Shown here: piece by piece, positions 48,601 to 62,580 of the stretch
Position numbering within the stretch: the first letter of the stretch is position 1
Layout of the letters: each line of letters starts with the position of its first letter
Assembly (NCBI GenBank): GCA_021613535.1
Contig: CP075494.1
Location: 10,664,001-10,728,000 of the forward strand
DNA: 64,000 bases
Origin: Adineta vaga
Taxonomy: Eukaryota > Animalia > Rotifera
Direction of reading: 5' to 3'
Notes under the pieces: model-generated
What the model was told of the DNA's origin: nothing
Seen by the model: the letters and a program-made list of their open reading frames with translations, nothing else
Database searches by the model: none
Translations under genes and position numbers: made by a program

Positions 48601-51600
48601 GGGTGTGCATGAAAGATGATGACGATGAAGAAAGCATGAGAGAAATCATTCATATAGTATCACATTCTTTTGTGTTCTTAATAGATATGTCACAGAGATA
48701 TATGGGTATTTTATAGAGTATGAAGGACTAAACTATTAGTTTAACAACTGCAATAGAAGTAACAAGTCAACTGGATTCAACATTAGGATTAGTCGAGCAT
48801 CATTCTCATGCATATAGAAATCTCTATTTTCTTTTGAATGATACACAATCTTTATTAGAATACAACGAATCTTTCAAACGTTTATTTACTTGGTTAATTT
48901 CAATAAATACTGATATAGACGATGTTTTACAATGGGTGAATACAAACAAAATATTGTCTACTGTTGAAGTATGTATAAATTAATTTTTTTGATAATAAAT
49001 ACGAAGAATAGTATGAATTTGTACATAGATAAGAATTGAAGAGAGACGCGTGAAACAAACAGATGCATTACATATTTTATATTACTCGGTTTTTTTTTCG
49101 TATGAGAAGCATTACATTTTCAACTATCTTTTGTCAACAGACACATATCAGTCTTCATAATTGATAGGATCAATTTAGTGATTATTTTTCTCTTCTTCTT
49201 CTTCTTCTTCTTTATTTCAATAAGAATGCTGATGAATTAGTACAATAACAATCGTTATTGGATCGTGTAACAAAACTTAATCAAACGATGACATTAAATT
49301 TATCAAATCAACAAGCAGAAAAATTCAACCACGAATTTATCTGTATTCAAGAACAATGGCAAACACTTCTCAATGGATTGAATACTCTAAAAGATGGGTA
49401 ATTATATTCATCAATATTTGTTCATTCTTTTATAAATCATCCTTGTTTCTCTAGACATTTATCATCGGAATCAATTACTGATACTTCAAATCTAAATAGA
49501 AACATTGAAGATTGTCTAACATCGAGTAGACAACTGCTTAGTCAACAAGAACAAATTCATTTGAATAATTTATCAACAAATAATCAACTTTTATTGCAAG
49601 CCAAAGTCTGTTCTATAGGAAGAATGAAATTTATTTAGTAATTTCTTGATTTTCTTTTTCTGTATAGAAATGTGAAGAAGAATTGAATCGTTTAACAAAT
49701 GTCGTTATTCGCCTGTCAACAGATGAAGTTAGTCCTTCATTAATTCATGAATTGACTCTAGTGCGTGTTACTTTCATTCTCGAATACTTTCATTCTGTTA
49801 ATCTATTCACAGCTTAATTCATCAACGAGAACAATGCGTATTCAATTAGACAATCGAATTGAACAACAGTATTATTCGAATAAGGAAATAGATATGTTTA
49901 TTCATTGGTTAAAAACTTTCACTGATCAATCTAAAACAATAGATAAACAAGTAAAAAAGCACGACAAAACGATTAAAAATTGAATGTTTACTGTTTTTAT
50001 AGGTGATTCAAACAGTTGTAAATCAACAACAAGAACATTTTGATCGATTTTGTAAATCTAATAAAGAAATAAATATGGAACTGAAGGAAAATATCGAGAA
50101 TTTAATTTACACGTGGAATTATTTATTGTCATTGAGTAAGTTCGATGATGTAATATAAATCATCTTCTAGTCAGCTATAATTCAATAAGCATCTGTGTTT
50201 GCTTAATTCACTTAGTCTAATCATCACCTCATTTATTGTACAAAAAAATCTCAAGATGATCTTGTTCCTTCTTCTTTCATTGCATTTAATCTATGTCGTA
50301 TGTATTGTAGTTAATTCTTCTCATATTTCATTCAAACTGTTGATAGTTCGAAGGAAGAATTCATCGAAGAAAATTTATGACGATAAGAGACCAAACACAC
50401 GACACAAGGGAACGCGGAAGAAAGACAAAGGCCAACATATAATTGAATTCTTTTTTTCTGGGTCCCGCCTTTTCATCATACTCTTCGGATACTTGTTCTT
50501 GTCTATGACAGGAAGTTAAACACTAAGACTAGCATACATTCTTATTTCCATGTTTCTATTTTTAGCTAATTCTTCGACTGGAAAACTATCGTAGTACATT
50601 TTCTTAGAAAAAAAAAGTCGAGAAAAAAGGAACATAATCCTCAATCATGTAAGAAAATTGAATACGTCAGAAGCAACTTATTGTTATGATTTAGTGAGAA
50701 CAATATACATATCATGTCTATGTTCACTAAGTGCATGTAAGATTCACACATATACACAGCCTAAGGTGTGTTGATAATGATGATCTCACCTTCTTTTCTT
50801 TTGCTGAAGAGAACACCTGATTTCTAGTTCCTTTTCTTTCTTTCTTTTTTCCTCTTTTCCTTGTAGAATACTCGTTATTCACCTTCTTTCCATCGTTATA
50901 ATTGCAGAAATAGTCGTATATATTCTCATTTTTTTTCTCTCCTTGTTACATTCACATTTCTTTTTCTTCATTTATTCTAGTCACTAATTCACCGAATCGA
51001 GTGACTACTCAATTGTCATCAACAGTACCATTCTTGTCAACATTAAGTAGCAATGAATATCAACAACATGCTAAAGAGTTATTAACAACTACCGTACAAT
51101 TAGGAAATCGTCAAGAAATCGGCCGACTTCAAAATAAAATTGTCGTACGTGAATGATAAAAGAAGAAGAAAAAAAAAACTAATCAATATATTTTTTTCTT
51201 TCTATAGACTTTCTTGACATCATATAAAGATTCTCAACTTTCTCATTTAAATGCAACTCTACCTGAAAGAAGTACGTATTAATATTAATATTCATTTTCT
51301 CGTTTTATATCGTTCGTTTTTCTAGTTTCTAATGAGTTTGCCAATCGGCAATTGATATTACAACAAATGTTAATCGATACTGCTCATATAGATCGTCTTC
51401 GGGTGAATTTTGTTGCACATTTTAATACAGAAAATAATGCCATACTTGCTGCAAATGAAATAACATCATTAATCGAAAATTATCCAAAAGAAATGACAAC
51501 ACAAGTTCGTCAATGGTTAGCAGAACAACAAAAAACACGTCTGAAAGCACCGTTAGCAACTGGTGATATGTCGAAAACGGCCGAAGAATTCGAAGACTAT

Positions 51601-54600
51601 TTGAAAGAATTAGAAGAAAATCTACTTCAGTATAAACAAAATGAAACCAATCACACGAAACTTAAGGTTATTTTTTCTTTTGGAAATAGAAAAGAAAAAG
51701 TTCATTGTCCATTAAACAAATGTTCTTTTAGAATCTTCTTCATCAAATTGCAAATCATCCAACTATACCTGAACATCTACAACATGATGTAAAACATCTT
51801 CAAGAACGTTATATGAAGATTCACAAACAAATCGAAGATTTTCAAAAGAAATATCTGACGAAAAAGGCAACTATCGATAATACCACTAATAATATCAATT
51901 TATTGATTACTCATCTACGAAATATTGAAGAACAAATTCAAATAAATGCTAAACAACCAATTCATGCTTATGAACGACTTCTTCTTGATTGTCAAGTCAG
52001 TTCTTTTTTTTTTTGTTAAATTTACATACCTTTCTTCAATATCTCATTGTTATTATGTATTTCTAGAGAATTGTCAATGAATTAAATCAAATTCGTTCTC
52101 AAGTTGATCAAGCAGTCAATATTGGCAAACGTTTATATTCACCCGACAGTAAAGATAGTAGTGGAATTGAAAGTGCTGGTATGTCCAAACGAAAGAGGTC
52201 GTTTTTGCTTTCTCTTCTCACAGTTCATTTGCTATTGAAATTAACCATTGAAAAAAAGCGAATACGCGTCTGTCTGTCTGTTCTATCTAATAGTGTGTCG
52301 TGTCTCAACTATCTCACACCACACACTCACTCTGACCTTTTTTTTTTCCTGTTGTTCCGATTTATCAAGGGAGAGTTTGTTTTCCTATTCATAAATATAT
52401 TGATGAGATGTTTTTCTAGACGACACAGGAGGTGGTTCATCAACATCATCACCTTTACTTCCACCGAAAAAACATTCCGATCTAACACTACGGAAAGTTC
52501 GTCGACATGTTCTACAATTAACTCAACATTGGAAAAATGCAAATAATAATATTCAATATCGCGTAAAATTTTTACAACGTACTCAAACGGTAATTTTAAT
52601 GAATTTTATTTTTTCTTTCTTTTAAATGAACTTCTGTTTGTGTACATAGGCTGTCGAAGAATTACGTCGCAAGTGTGATCAATTGCATGCACACTTGCTA
52701 GAAATTGAACTTGCATATGCACATAAACCACAAATAAAAGCAGTCAACTCTCAACAAGTACCATCAGAAATCGAACAAGCAAAAGTAAATAATCTAATGA
52801 TTTCATGGATGCTTTTATAATCCTTTTTTTATTATTGTTGTTGAACATCATCCCTTGAGAATTAAATCTATTCATTGATAATCATTTCTTCTTCTTCTTA
52901 GCATCTGTTGACTACACTAATGTCATGCAAAGGATCTATTGATGATGTTCAACAAACAGCAGAAACGATTGAAAATGAACATGAAATATCGGTTGTCAAT
53001 CGAGCACAAGAACTTGATCAAAGGTTTGATTTATAAATACAAAGGAAAGAAACGCATTTGATCTATCTTTATTTTTATAGATGGCAACATGCTGTTTCAT
53101 CGATATCTCAACGTATTCACTCTTTACAAGACTCTATCAAAGATGTAGAAAGCGATATTTATTCCAATTCAGTAGAAAATCCTTGGCAACGTGCAATTTC
53201 TGTGAATAAAATACCGTATTATATCAAGTAATTTCTTTTTATAAATTGAATAATAATCTTTAATTGATTTCTTTCGTTTTAAAGTCATTCAGATCAAACA
53301 ACTTCGTGGGATCATCCGAAAATGTACGTGAAGAAATTGATTAAGAATTTCGTTTTGAAGTGTTATTACTGTTTGTTTTTAGATTGGAATTAATGCGTTC
53401 ATTTGCGAATTTTAATGATATTCGTTTTTCTGCCTATCGGACTGCAATGAAACTTCGAGCTTTACAGAAACGACTTTGTCGTATGTGAAAGCTGTCATTC
53501 TACACGTTCGAGATCCTATTTGTTGTCTATTTTAGTTGATCTAACATCGTTAAACGATATTATTAATGTTTTTGAAGAAGAAGAAATGATTGATGCAATG
53601 AATAAAATTATTAATATCGATGAAATTCAAAATTATTTACAAAAAATCTTCGAAAGAACAGCAAATGAATATCCACAATTGATTAATATTATACTTACTG
53701 TTGATTTAACAATGAATTGGTTATTGAATATCTATGATATGTAAGTTTAATGAAAGTTATTAAATGAGTATGTATCGAAAGTTTATTCTTTTTAGAAATC
53801 GAACTGGTTCACTTCGATTACTATCAATGAAAATGGCATTAGCATTACTTTGTCGAGGAAATATCGAAGAAAAATATCGATGTAAGTTAAATTTGAACAG
53901 AAAAATATATTTATTATTATTGTTTATTAAAGATATATTTTCATTGGTAACATTTGAATATGATGGTCGTTACGTAGTTGATCGACAACGTTTATCTATT
54001 CTATTTCAACAAGCTATCGTTGTATGTATTTTTTTTTTGAAAAACAATTAAACTAATTTAATCATGTTTTGTTTATAGATTCCTAAACAACTTGGTGAAG
54101 TCGCTGCATTTGGTGGATCAAGTGTAGAACCGAGTGTTCAAAGTTGTTTTGAATATGTATGTTAAATCTTGTTTACGTATTTACTAATTCGATTTGAATT
54201 CTTTTAGGCACAAAATGTCGATGTTATAACAGCAGAAGATTTTCTTGACTGGGTCAAACTTGAACCTCAATCACTTGTTTGGTTACCTGTCATGCATCGT
54301 CTTGCAGCAAGTGAAGCTGCTAAACATGAAGCACGTTGTAATATCTGCAAAATTTATCCAATTCTTGGTTTTCGTTATCGTTCATTACGTCATTTCAATT
54401 GCGATATTTGTCAAAATTGTTTCTTTTCTGGTAAACAAACAAAACTTTTTAAAATGGATCATCCATTACAAGAATATTACACTGAAGTTTGTTGAGAAAA
54501 AAAAAAGATTTTTATTAGAAAAAAAGGATTAAATCTTATTTTTTAGACCACTTCATCTGAAGATGTTCGAGATTTTTTTCGTATATTCAAAAATAAATTA

Positions 54601-55661
54601 TGGACAAAACAACGGAAATCACCAAAACTTGGATATTTACCATTGCCACATGTTTTCGATAATACAATGTCAACAACAGATCAACAAACATCACCATCAC
54701 CAATCATGAATTCATCATTTACAACACCTATAAAGTATACAAAAATTCTCTCATGAAAAATTGTTTATAAAGATGAAATTTTTTAGATTAGAAAATGAAA
54801 CAATGCAACCGGTTACATTATCGAATGGATCGTATGTCGATGATAGTTTTCTGAAAGAAGATTTTTAATATCGATTTGTTTTAGGAATGATGAACATGGT
54901 GTTATTGCTCAACATTGTAGAAACTTAAACAGTGCTACATATAAATCGGTATGTAAATATTATTCTTTTATGAAAACATCGGTTAAACTATTTGTTTCAT
55001 TTCTAGCCTCGTATTGCTGCACATGAATTACTAACTCGTTCGACATCTCTCGATAATGATCAACGTAATGAATTAGAAGCCGTCATTTGTGATCTTGAAG
55101 ACGAAAATCGTCTTTTACAAGATGAATATGAACGTCTTTGTAACGAACATATGGAAAAATCTTTGATTTTAAATGATCAACAAGAACAATTTCAAATGAA
55201 TGATAATCAAATTGATCCATATAGTAGTCGAGAAATTCTTCGTGAAGCAAAACAATTACGGCAACATAAAAGCAAACTAGAACAACGAATGATTATTCTT
55301 GAAGAACATAATAAGCAATTAGAAAAACAATTAAAACGATCAAAACAATTATTATTTAAAGAAGTAAGAAAATTCTCATATCATATTTCTCTTTTCTATA
55401 TTCGTTCCTATTTCTAGTCACCTTCGCATAATCTCCGACGTTCAGTCGATCGAAATCTCGAACGACAATCAAGTATGTGTTAAAAAGAAACATTTTTCTT
55501 CTAAAAAAGAAATATCAATTTCTCTTGTAGATTTATTAACAATCGATAATCTTTTTCATATGGCTGATGATATTAATCGTGCAGTAGGTGATCTTGTTTC
55601 AGTAATAACCGAGCCACAAGCATCGACTTCTCCAAATTATTATCAACAAATTGTAACGTGA
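30689..55661 (+). CDS. DMD: Dystrophin/utrophin orthologue (many exons; continuity across 46-49 kb not proven)
   Basis: CH1 [15 protein letters not shown] (32921), CH2 [17 protein letters not shown], spectrin repeats, [31 protein letters not shown]-hand region [40 protein letters not shown] finger [23 protein letters not shown], and coiled coil [27 protein letters not shown]. Stop TGA at 55659-55661. Confidence 0.93.
31601..31655 (+). CDS. DMD: Alternative first coding exon of dystrophin ([18 protein letters not shown])
   Basis: ATG-initiated, ends in T|GTAAGT (phase 1), and is in frame with the common acceptor at 32921 (Y-ERED). Confidence 0.7.
44341..44517 (+). CDS. DMD: Internal alternative first exon of dystrophin (short isoform)
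   Basis: MRTDVKRS...PIGLRK|GTATTA is phase 0, compatible with the exon at 44612. It lies within a long intron, with TATATAAA at ~44149. Confidence 0.6.
46978..47757 (+). CDS. Terminal exon ending an N-terminal dystrophin isoform (low-complexity S/Q/R/Y tail)
   Basis: Acceptor ATGCAG|GAA is phase 0 and compatible with exon 45815-45934. It is open for 259 codons to TGA, with AATAAA at 48065. Confidence 0.7.
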   Translation, partial: EFDSDFIYDIDDTRSVISEPAPQFNTKYRKTIHSLERYKTEDQSRYVPTNEEYHLQPLLRVRSLKAIDHRTLSAPSSPVLQARYRSHERSNAQYKKQSSNHQGYQENFQNSISKSASLPNGGFPVQAPASIPQQPVLVRERVIDRHVAERSTSRGESHRQQQQQENASMHARSSHASSGQTQTLNRAVPIRYETSNIGGNSASSSYRQANGYRHEQYPSYFYHEQYGGGGSGSSSLGGSYRQQVYPTQPVGPHPTRIVN

Positions 55662-55924
55662 AATAAATGCAACACATCTCAGGAACCATTTTGTTTTCCT
55701 TCTTTTGTGCAATACAATCAGACAGTGTCTTTTGTAATTTCTATTCTCAGGTAGTGATCAGTCAATGAATGGCGAATCACCTAATTCTTCGTTTTCTTTT
55801 TATTGTTGTCGAGAGAATATTTTAGTCAATCATTTTTGTTTTGGGTGTGTTGTTTCGTCTATCTATTATATATACATAAACATATATATCTCAATGCATT
55901 TAATGGAATAAATAAACATTTTAG

Positions 55925-57329
55925 ATGACGACTTTTCTCATCCGAAGATTATTGAATCGAGGAGTCATTTCTCAATGTCGAGGAATGTCTCTATCATCAT
56001 CAGTGAATGCTGCTGGATCAGGTAATACGGCGAATGCTCCAGTGAGCAAGAAAACGGCTTTATATGATTATCATGTCAATAATTTCGGACGAATGTAAGT
56101 TTATTTTTGATTGAAAATGAAAGAACTTCAATCATCAACTGTTTTTTCTTAGGGTAAATTTTTGTGGTTGGACATTACCTGTGCAATATTCTGCATCGGT
56201 TATTCAATCGCATATGTATACGCGATCAGCTGCTTCGATTTTTGATGTATCTCATATGCTTCAAATCTTGGTAAAAGGTGCTGATCGTGTTCGATTTTTT
56301 GAACGATTAATTGTATCTGATCTGGAAAATTTACCAGAAAATTCTGCATGTTTAACATTATATACTAATGAGCAAGGTGGAATTCTTGATGATTTAATTG
56401 TAACAAAAACAAGTGAAGGATATTTATATGTTGTATCAAATGCTGGACGTGCTCAACAAGATCTCGCTCATGTGCGAACTCAATTAGAAAAAGCTAAACG
56501 CGATGGATTGGATGTGAATGTCGAAGTATTGGAAGATCAATCATTACTTGCATTGCAAGTAAATATAGAAGAAGACGAAGAAGAAAGTTGTTCTTATATA
56601 TATATATATGTGTGTGTGTATTCGTAGGGTCCACGTTCCGCTGAAATTCTTCAACCGCATCTTCCATCATCTGTAGATCTGTCGAAATTTTATTTTATGC
56701 AAACTCGATTGACTAATTTTGATAATGATTCATCTATTCCATGTCGAATTAACCGATCAGGTTATACTGGTGAAGATGGTTTTGAAATTAGCATATCCAA
56801 TGGTAATGTTTCACGTGTTCTAAATAGTTTATTATCATCTGGTGTTGCACAAATGGCTGGTCTTGGTGCTCGAGATTCACTTCGTCTTGAAGCAGGTCTT
56901 TGTCTATATGGAAATGATATTGATGAAAATACGACTCCAATCGAAGCTGATCTAGCATGGACGATTGGTAAACGACGACGACAATTAGCTGATTTTCCTG
57001 GTGCTAAAATTATTCTTGAACAATTAAAAACAGGTCCACCGAGAAAACGTGTTGGAATCAAATCTTTAGGTGCTTGTCCAAGACATGGTGCTGAAATACG
57101 TAGTGGTCGTGGTGAAAATGATCCGTCTATTGGTACAGTTACAAGTGGTTGTCCATCACCTTCATTGAAAATGGTTAATATCGGTATGGCATATATTGAA
57201 ACACCATTTGCTAAAGTTGGAAATAAAGTTATTGCAAATATTCGTAATCGTCCAATTGATGCTGAAATTGTTAAAATGCCATTTGTTCCAGCAAATTATT
57301 ATAAAGCTCCCGCAAGTAAAAAGAAATGA
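55925..57329 (+). CDS. AMT: Aminomethyltransferase (glycine cleavage system T protein); exons 55925-56094, 56153-56558, 56628-57329
   Basis: KKTALYDYH, MVNFCGWTLPVQY, IFDVSHM, GGILDDLIV, LALQGP, RSGYTGEDGFEIS, GLGARDSLRLEAGLCLYGND and VTSGCPSPSL. The N-terminus is Arg/Ser-rich, like a mitochondrial presequence. Confidence 0.97.
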
Positions 57330-59296
57330 TTTTTATTTTTATGAATGATTCTTCCGGTTTACATGTGATTACTAATCCCACGTAGTTATTTTTCTGATAG
57401 AAACTTCCTTATTCCAAAAAACGAAATGATATTTTGTTTTAGACTTTTGTTTGTTTTTCGATCTAATTTATGAAAATCACACTTTTCTTTGTTTTGATTA
57501 TGGATTCACTTGTTATTACACTTTAATAAACTTTTGAAAACTAAACATGTCATGCTACAATCTTTTATGTTTGTATAACTATATTCAATGAAAAAAAAAA
57601 TTCTAAAAAAAAATTCTATCGAACCTTGGAACATTTATTGATCATTTTCAAATAAATAATCATACAGTTTCTCTTACGTCATTTGTCAAATCAAAGATTT
57701 GCCATTGGCTATGGTCATTTTCTATCACACCGACAAAATGAAAGAACAAACAAACTTTTGTTTAATTGTTTCAGTTGAACTTCACAAGCATCCGCTCATA
57801 TATAGAAATATACGAATGTAGTCTATCAAGGTTCATCTGTTACAAATCAGTGGGAGTGCCATTTCAAATGAAATACATGTGTCTCCTTTAATTGAAGCAA
57901 ATTCAAGGTAATACGACTGGCGCAAAAGTCATTTAATTCATGCCGACAGGACAAATTTTTGCTTTTTATTTTTAATCAAACCAAGTGTCAGTCGCCTGGA
58001 GCATATTTTATCATCATAAATACTCCTTCTTACATCGATTTGATCATGATAAACTATGTTCTACTGAATGATATGAATAGCATCAGGAAGACAAAATGGT
58101 GAACTCATCATTGATTCGAGATTGAACATCTGTAATTATACATATAAATAATGATTGTATACAAAAGAAGAAAGAGAAAAGTAACTTTCACTCTTTTTCT
58201 CATTATACTTTCTTATTCGCTTGAAAGAACATCGATGTCATATCCTTCTCTTGATTTTTTATAGTAAGTTAATTCGCGATACATTTTCTCTCTTTCTTCC
58301 CTGAAGAGAGAGAGAGAGAGAAAGTAAGTTAAATAAAATACATTCATTCGTTCTCTTCTTCTTCTTTTTGTTTCAAACGGAAACAACTGTCTGACATTTG
58401 ATTGTTCATAAGAGGTATCATTCATTCCTTAGGTATCAAAGTAGAATGAGACAAAAATTTAATGAACTGTATTTCCAGTCGACCCTTGGTCATCTTCAAG
58501 AAAAATAATTAGTTGTATTCTATTCGGACAATCGATAGCATCAACATGTATGTATATGAAGAGATCGCGAGACTATATGTGGTAAGATATTAGGAATTCA
58601 TTGAGCTAGAATGAATGAAATTCGAGACACTTGAAATAGAAAGTTATTAAAAACTATCGAGACATTCTAGTTGATAGTTATCTATCATTTCATAATACAC
58701 AAACTGTGACTGTCTAGCTATTATTGATATGATTAATTTTTATCGAGACACCTCGACATCGCATGTTTAATTTATCTTCAATATAAATGTGTTCATTTTT
58801 GTCGCCTCCGCCTTTCCTTCGTTTTATCATGTGTATTTTTCGATCACATGATATTATCTGATTGTAATCTCTATCGTCTTCTTAATTATAGTGTATGAAG
58901 ATTGGAATTAGTAATATCCATTCTATCATCGAACAATATAACGAATGGATATGTCATTAGGATGAAAAATGATACAATAAGTATGTTATGATCACTGATC
59001 GCTAATTCAATTAAACGACTCATACCGATTGAGAGAATGTTTATGTCATAGATTTCTCTATACGCAATGTAATATTAGTATAGTTTAATCATGCGAAACA
59101 GTAAGCGGACTGATATATACACTCATGTTCAAGTGATCATCTCTCGATCGATCAAATTAAAAGAAAATAAAACTCGAATCGATGTCTATGACGATATATT
59201 ACGAATGAATGAATCGTTTTTCTTTTCTCTTTACTTCAATGATGATCATGTGTACAGGTTGAATATGACGTATTCGTTTTATTTTCTGATTTCTAG

Positions 59297-62200
59297 ATGC
59301 AGATGACGACAAAGATTCCATATTTATTAATTCTCTCATTAACAATTTCATCTACGCTACAATTTAATCTCGGTAATAAAAATATCGATAGATAGAATAG
59401 ACAGGAATTTCTTTGGTTTTTTTTATTGAAAGAAACATGTCGATATCCACTTGGAATTGAAACTGGTAAAATCATAGATGTAGCATTTTCATCAAGTAGT
59501 TATGCACGAGAAGATACGATTGCATCCAAAGCAAGGTAAGCAAACTGTTTTTTCTTACATGAAATCAGAAATATTCTTTCTAATGACAGAATTCGAAGTG
59601 AAACTGATGGCTGGTGCCCATTGAATAAAATTTCATCAACAACAAATGAATATATTCAAATTGATTTAGTTAATCTAACTGTTATTACATTAGTCGAACT
59701 GCAAGGAAGATTTAGTCAAAAACCAGTAAGAACATTCAAAGTAAAAGTTATTTCATTGAATTTTGTTATTTGATATTTAGAATGAACAATATGCTGATGC
59801 ATTTCGAGTTGAATATAGACGTAATAATGAACAACAATGGATTCAATACAAAGATTTTTCTGGACAATATGTAAGAGAAATCTCGAATTTTATCTAACGA
59901 ATCTATCGAGCTGATGATTTCTAGGTTTTAAGTGGAAATTCAAATAGTTATATTCCAACAATTCGTGATATACTTCCTGCGATTATTGCACGACAAATTC
60001 GTATTATACCGATTGTTAATGGATTAGAACCACGATATGTTTGCATGCGATTGGAACTTTATGGATGTTTGTATGAAGGTTTGCGAAATGTTTAATTTTT
60101 TTTCCGGAGAAGAAAAGAGTTGTCTCTTGTAATTCTTCTTAGATGGATTAGTATCATATTCAATGACACAAGGTGATAAACGTGGATTTAGTGCACAATT
60201 TTTTGATGAAACTTACGATGGAATAAATGAAAATGGAACATTGAAAGGTTTGTTTTGTTGTATTAGATCGAGAAGATTGTAGAATTATGTTTATCAAATT
60301 GTAATATTGAAATTCTAGCTGGTCTTGGTCAATTGACTGATGGTATCTTTGCTCATGATGATTATCATTTAGCTGATCTTATTCAAGGTGAAGATCAAAA
60401 TGGTTGTGATTGGATCGGTTGGAAACGTAAATATCCGTCGATGACAAATATAAAACTTACATTTTACTTTGATACTATGCGAAATTTTACATCAATGGGT
60501 ATTCATACATCGAATCTTTTCACTCATGATATCTATCAAATTTATTCCATTACAATAACATATTGTGATGATACGATTCATAATCAAATGTATTTTGTTA
60601 TACCAAATGATTATATAAATACAAGTGCTCGTTTTATTCAAATATCATTTGCAGATGAAAAAGATATTCTTAGTGATTGTTTAAATGTTATATTAACATT
60701 TAATAGTAGAAGTAAATGGATATTGATTAGTGAAGTACAATTTGAATCAATACCGATTAATTCAAATGAAACTACAATTATTACAGATATTCTCAATCCT
60801 AAATTAACTTTAATAAGTAAACAACCTTTTCTAATGTCATTAATTGATTATATATTCTTTCTGCTTGATAGATGATAAAGTTACAATTATTCATTATTGG
60901 CATTGGTTATTTTTTGCATTTAGTCTTTTTGTGCTTCTTATTATTTCATTTATTTTCATTTATGTCAATTGGATACACACTTATCGACAACATTGGAAAC
61001 TTTCAAAGTAATGAAACATATTTATTTTGATCGAAAGTCATCATCACCCTCTTCTTTTAGTTTAAAACGATTTCATTCAAAATATCGAACAATACCACCA
61101 ATGGATTGTTGTATGGGTAATAATAATAATTCATCATGTACATCAACCATTTCAAATAATGATATATGTCAACAATTAATCGTTTCAACACCGGAATCTG
61201 CCAGAAGTATGCAGAGTTCAGTATGCAGTCCAATGACAATATCATCGATTTATCAATCAAATGTGGATTCATATTTGACTGCTGTATCAACTGATACAAC
61301 AACAACAATGGTTTGTTTCGATTTATCAAGTAAAACTTATAGAATATTTGACAATTTTTCATTCTGTTTAGACAGCAAATCCGTATTTTACAATTGAAAT
61401 GTATGCAAATATCTTACCTGATTCAACAAACGATCCACAAATTGTACCAAAAAGTATTCAAGGACCATGTGGAAATAGTACCTACGAATCTCTATCACCC
61501 ATTAACGAATCTTCACCATCAATAATACCTTATATTAATGAAGAGCAACTGATTATTGAACAAATTTATTCTTCAATAAATGGATCATTTGGATCGGTAA
61601 AATTAAACTTCTTTTTGTCAAAAAAAGAAAATTCATTTAAACTATCTTCTTTTTCTCATAGATTTTTCGTGGTTATCTTTCTAGCCATCAATCAAATGAT
61701 ATTCTTCAACCAATTCTGATTAAAACACTCACAACAACTAATGCTCATCAAAAGTAATACACTCTTCATATCTTCTTTTCTTATTCATCTTTCTTTCTCT
61801 AGAGAACTCTTCGATAAAGAACATGAACTACTCAATTATCTTCGTCATTCAAATTTAGTTGAATTCTTTGGTTATACAACTGAACAAAACTATGCAATTA
61901 TTGAACATAGTGATTTAGGTGATTTGTATACTTACCTTTTAACAACACGAAATCTTTCGTAAGTCATTTGATCTTTCTTTCTTTCGATTGCTGTTCTTTT
62001 TCTTAAAAGAAAAACTATTCGTTTGTATATTATAACACAATTATCAAATGCACTTCGTTATTTGGAATCTCAACAAATCATTCATCGTGATATAGCAGCA
62101 CGAAATTGTTTGATTTATTCAAATTTTGAAATTAAATTAACCAATACTGCTATGATATCCGAACAATTTCAATCGCATTATTATAAAATCAATCAAATTC

Positions 62201-62580
62201 AATTACCTATTCGATGGATGCCACCCGAATGCATTATTCATGTAAGTCAAATCGTTCAAGAAATGTCTTATGAATGTTTTCTTTTTTATGATGATTTTAA
62301 GAATCAATTTACATCACAATCGGATATTTGGTCATTCGGTATTACACTTTGGGAAGTCATGACGAATTGTTTAAGTTTACCGTATAGTTTATTAAATGAC
62401 GAAGAAGTTTATCAACGATTAAAAACATGTCATGGTTTACAATTATCAAAACCAGAATATTTAAGTAAAGAATTAATTGATTTAATGTTAGAATGTTGGC
62501 GTCCCTACAATGAACGACCAACATTTCAAGAGATTTATAATTTTTTTAATAGACGTCTCTATGGGATGAATATTATTTGA
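59297..62580 (+). CDS. DDR: Discoidin domain receptor tyrosine kinase (divergent kinase domain)
   Basis: Signal peptide, CRYPLGI, DGWCP, ELQGR, IIARQIRIIP..CMRLELYGC, GLGQLTDG, WIGW, WILISEVQF, TM near 60890-60970, then HRDIAARNCL, LPIRWM, SDIWSFGITLWEV and CW...ERPTF. Confidence 0.92.
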
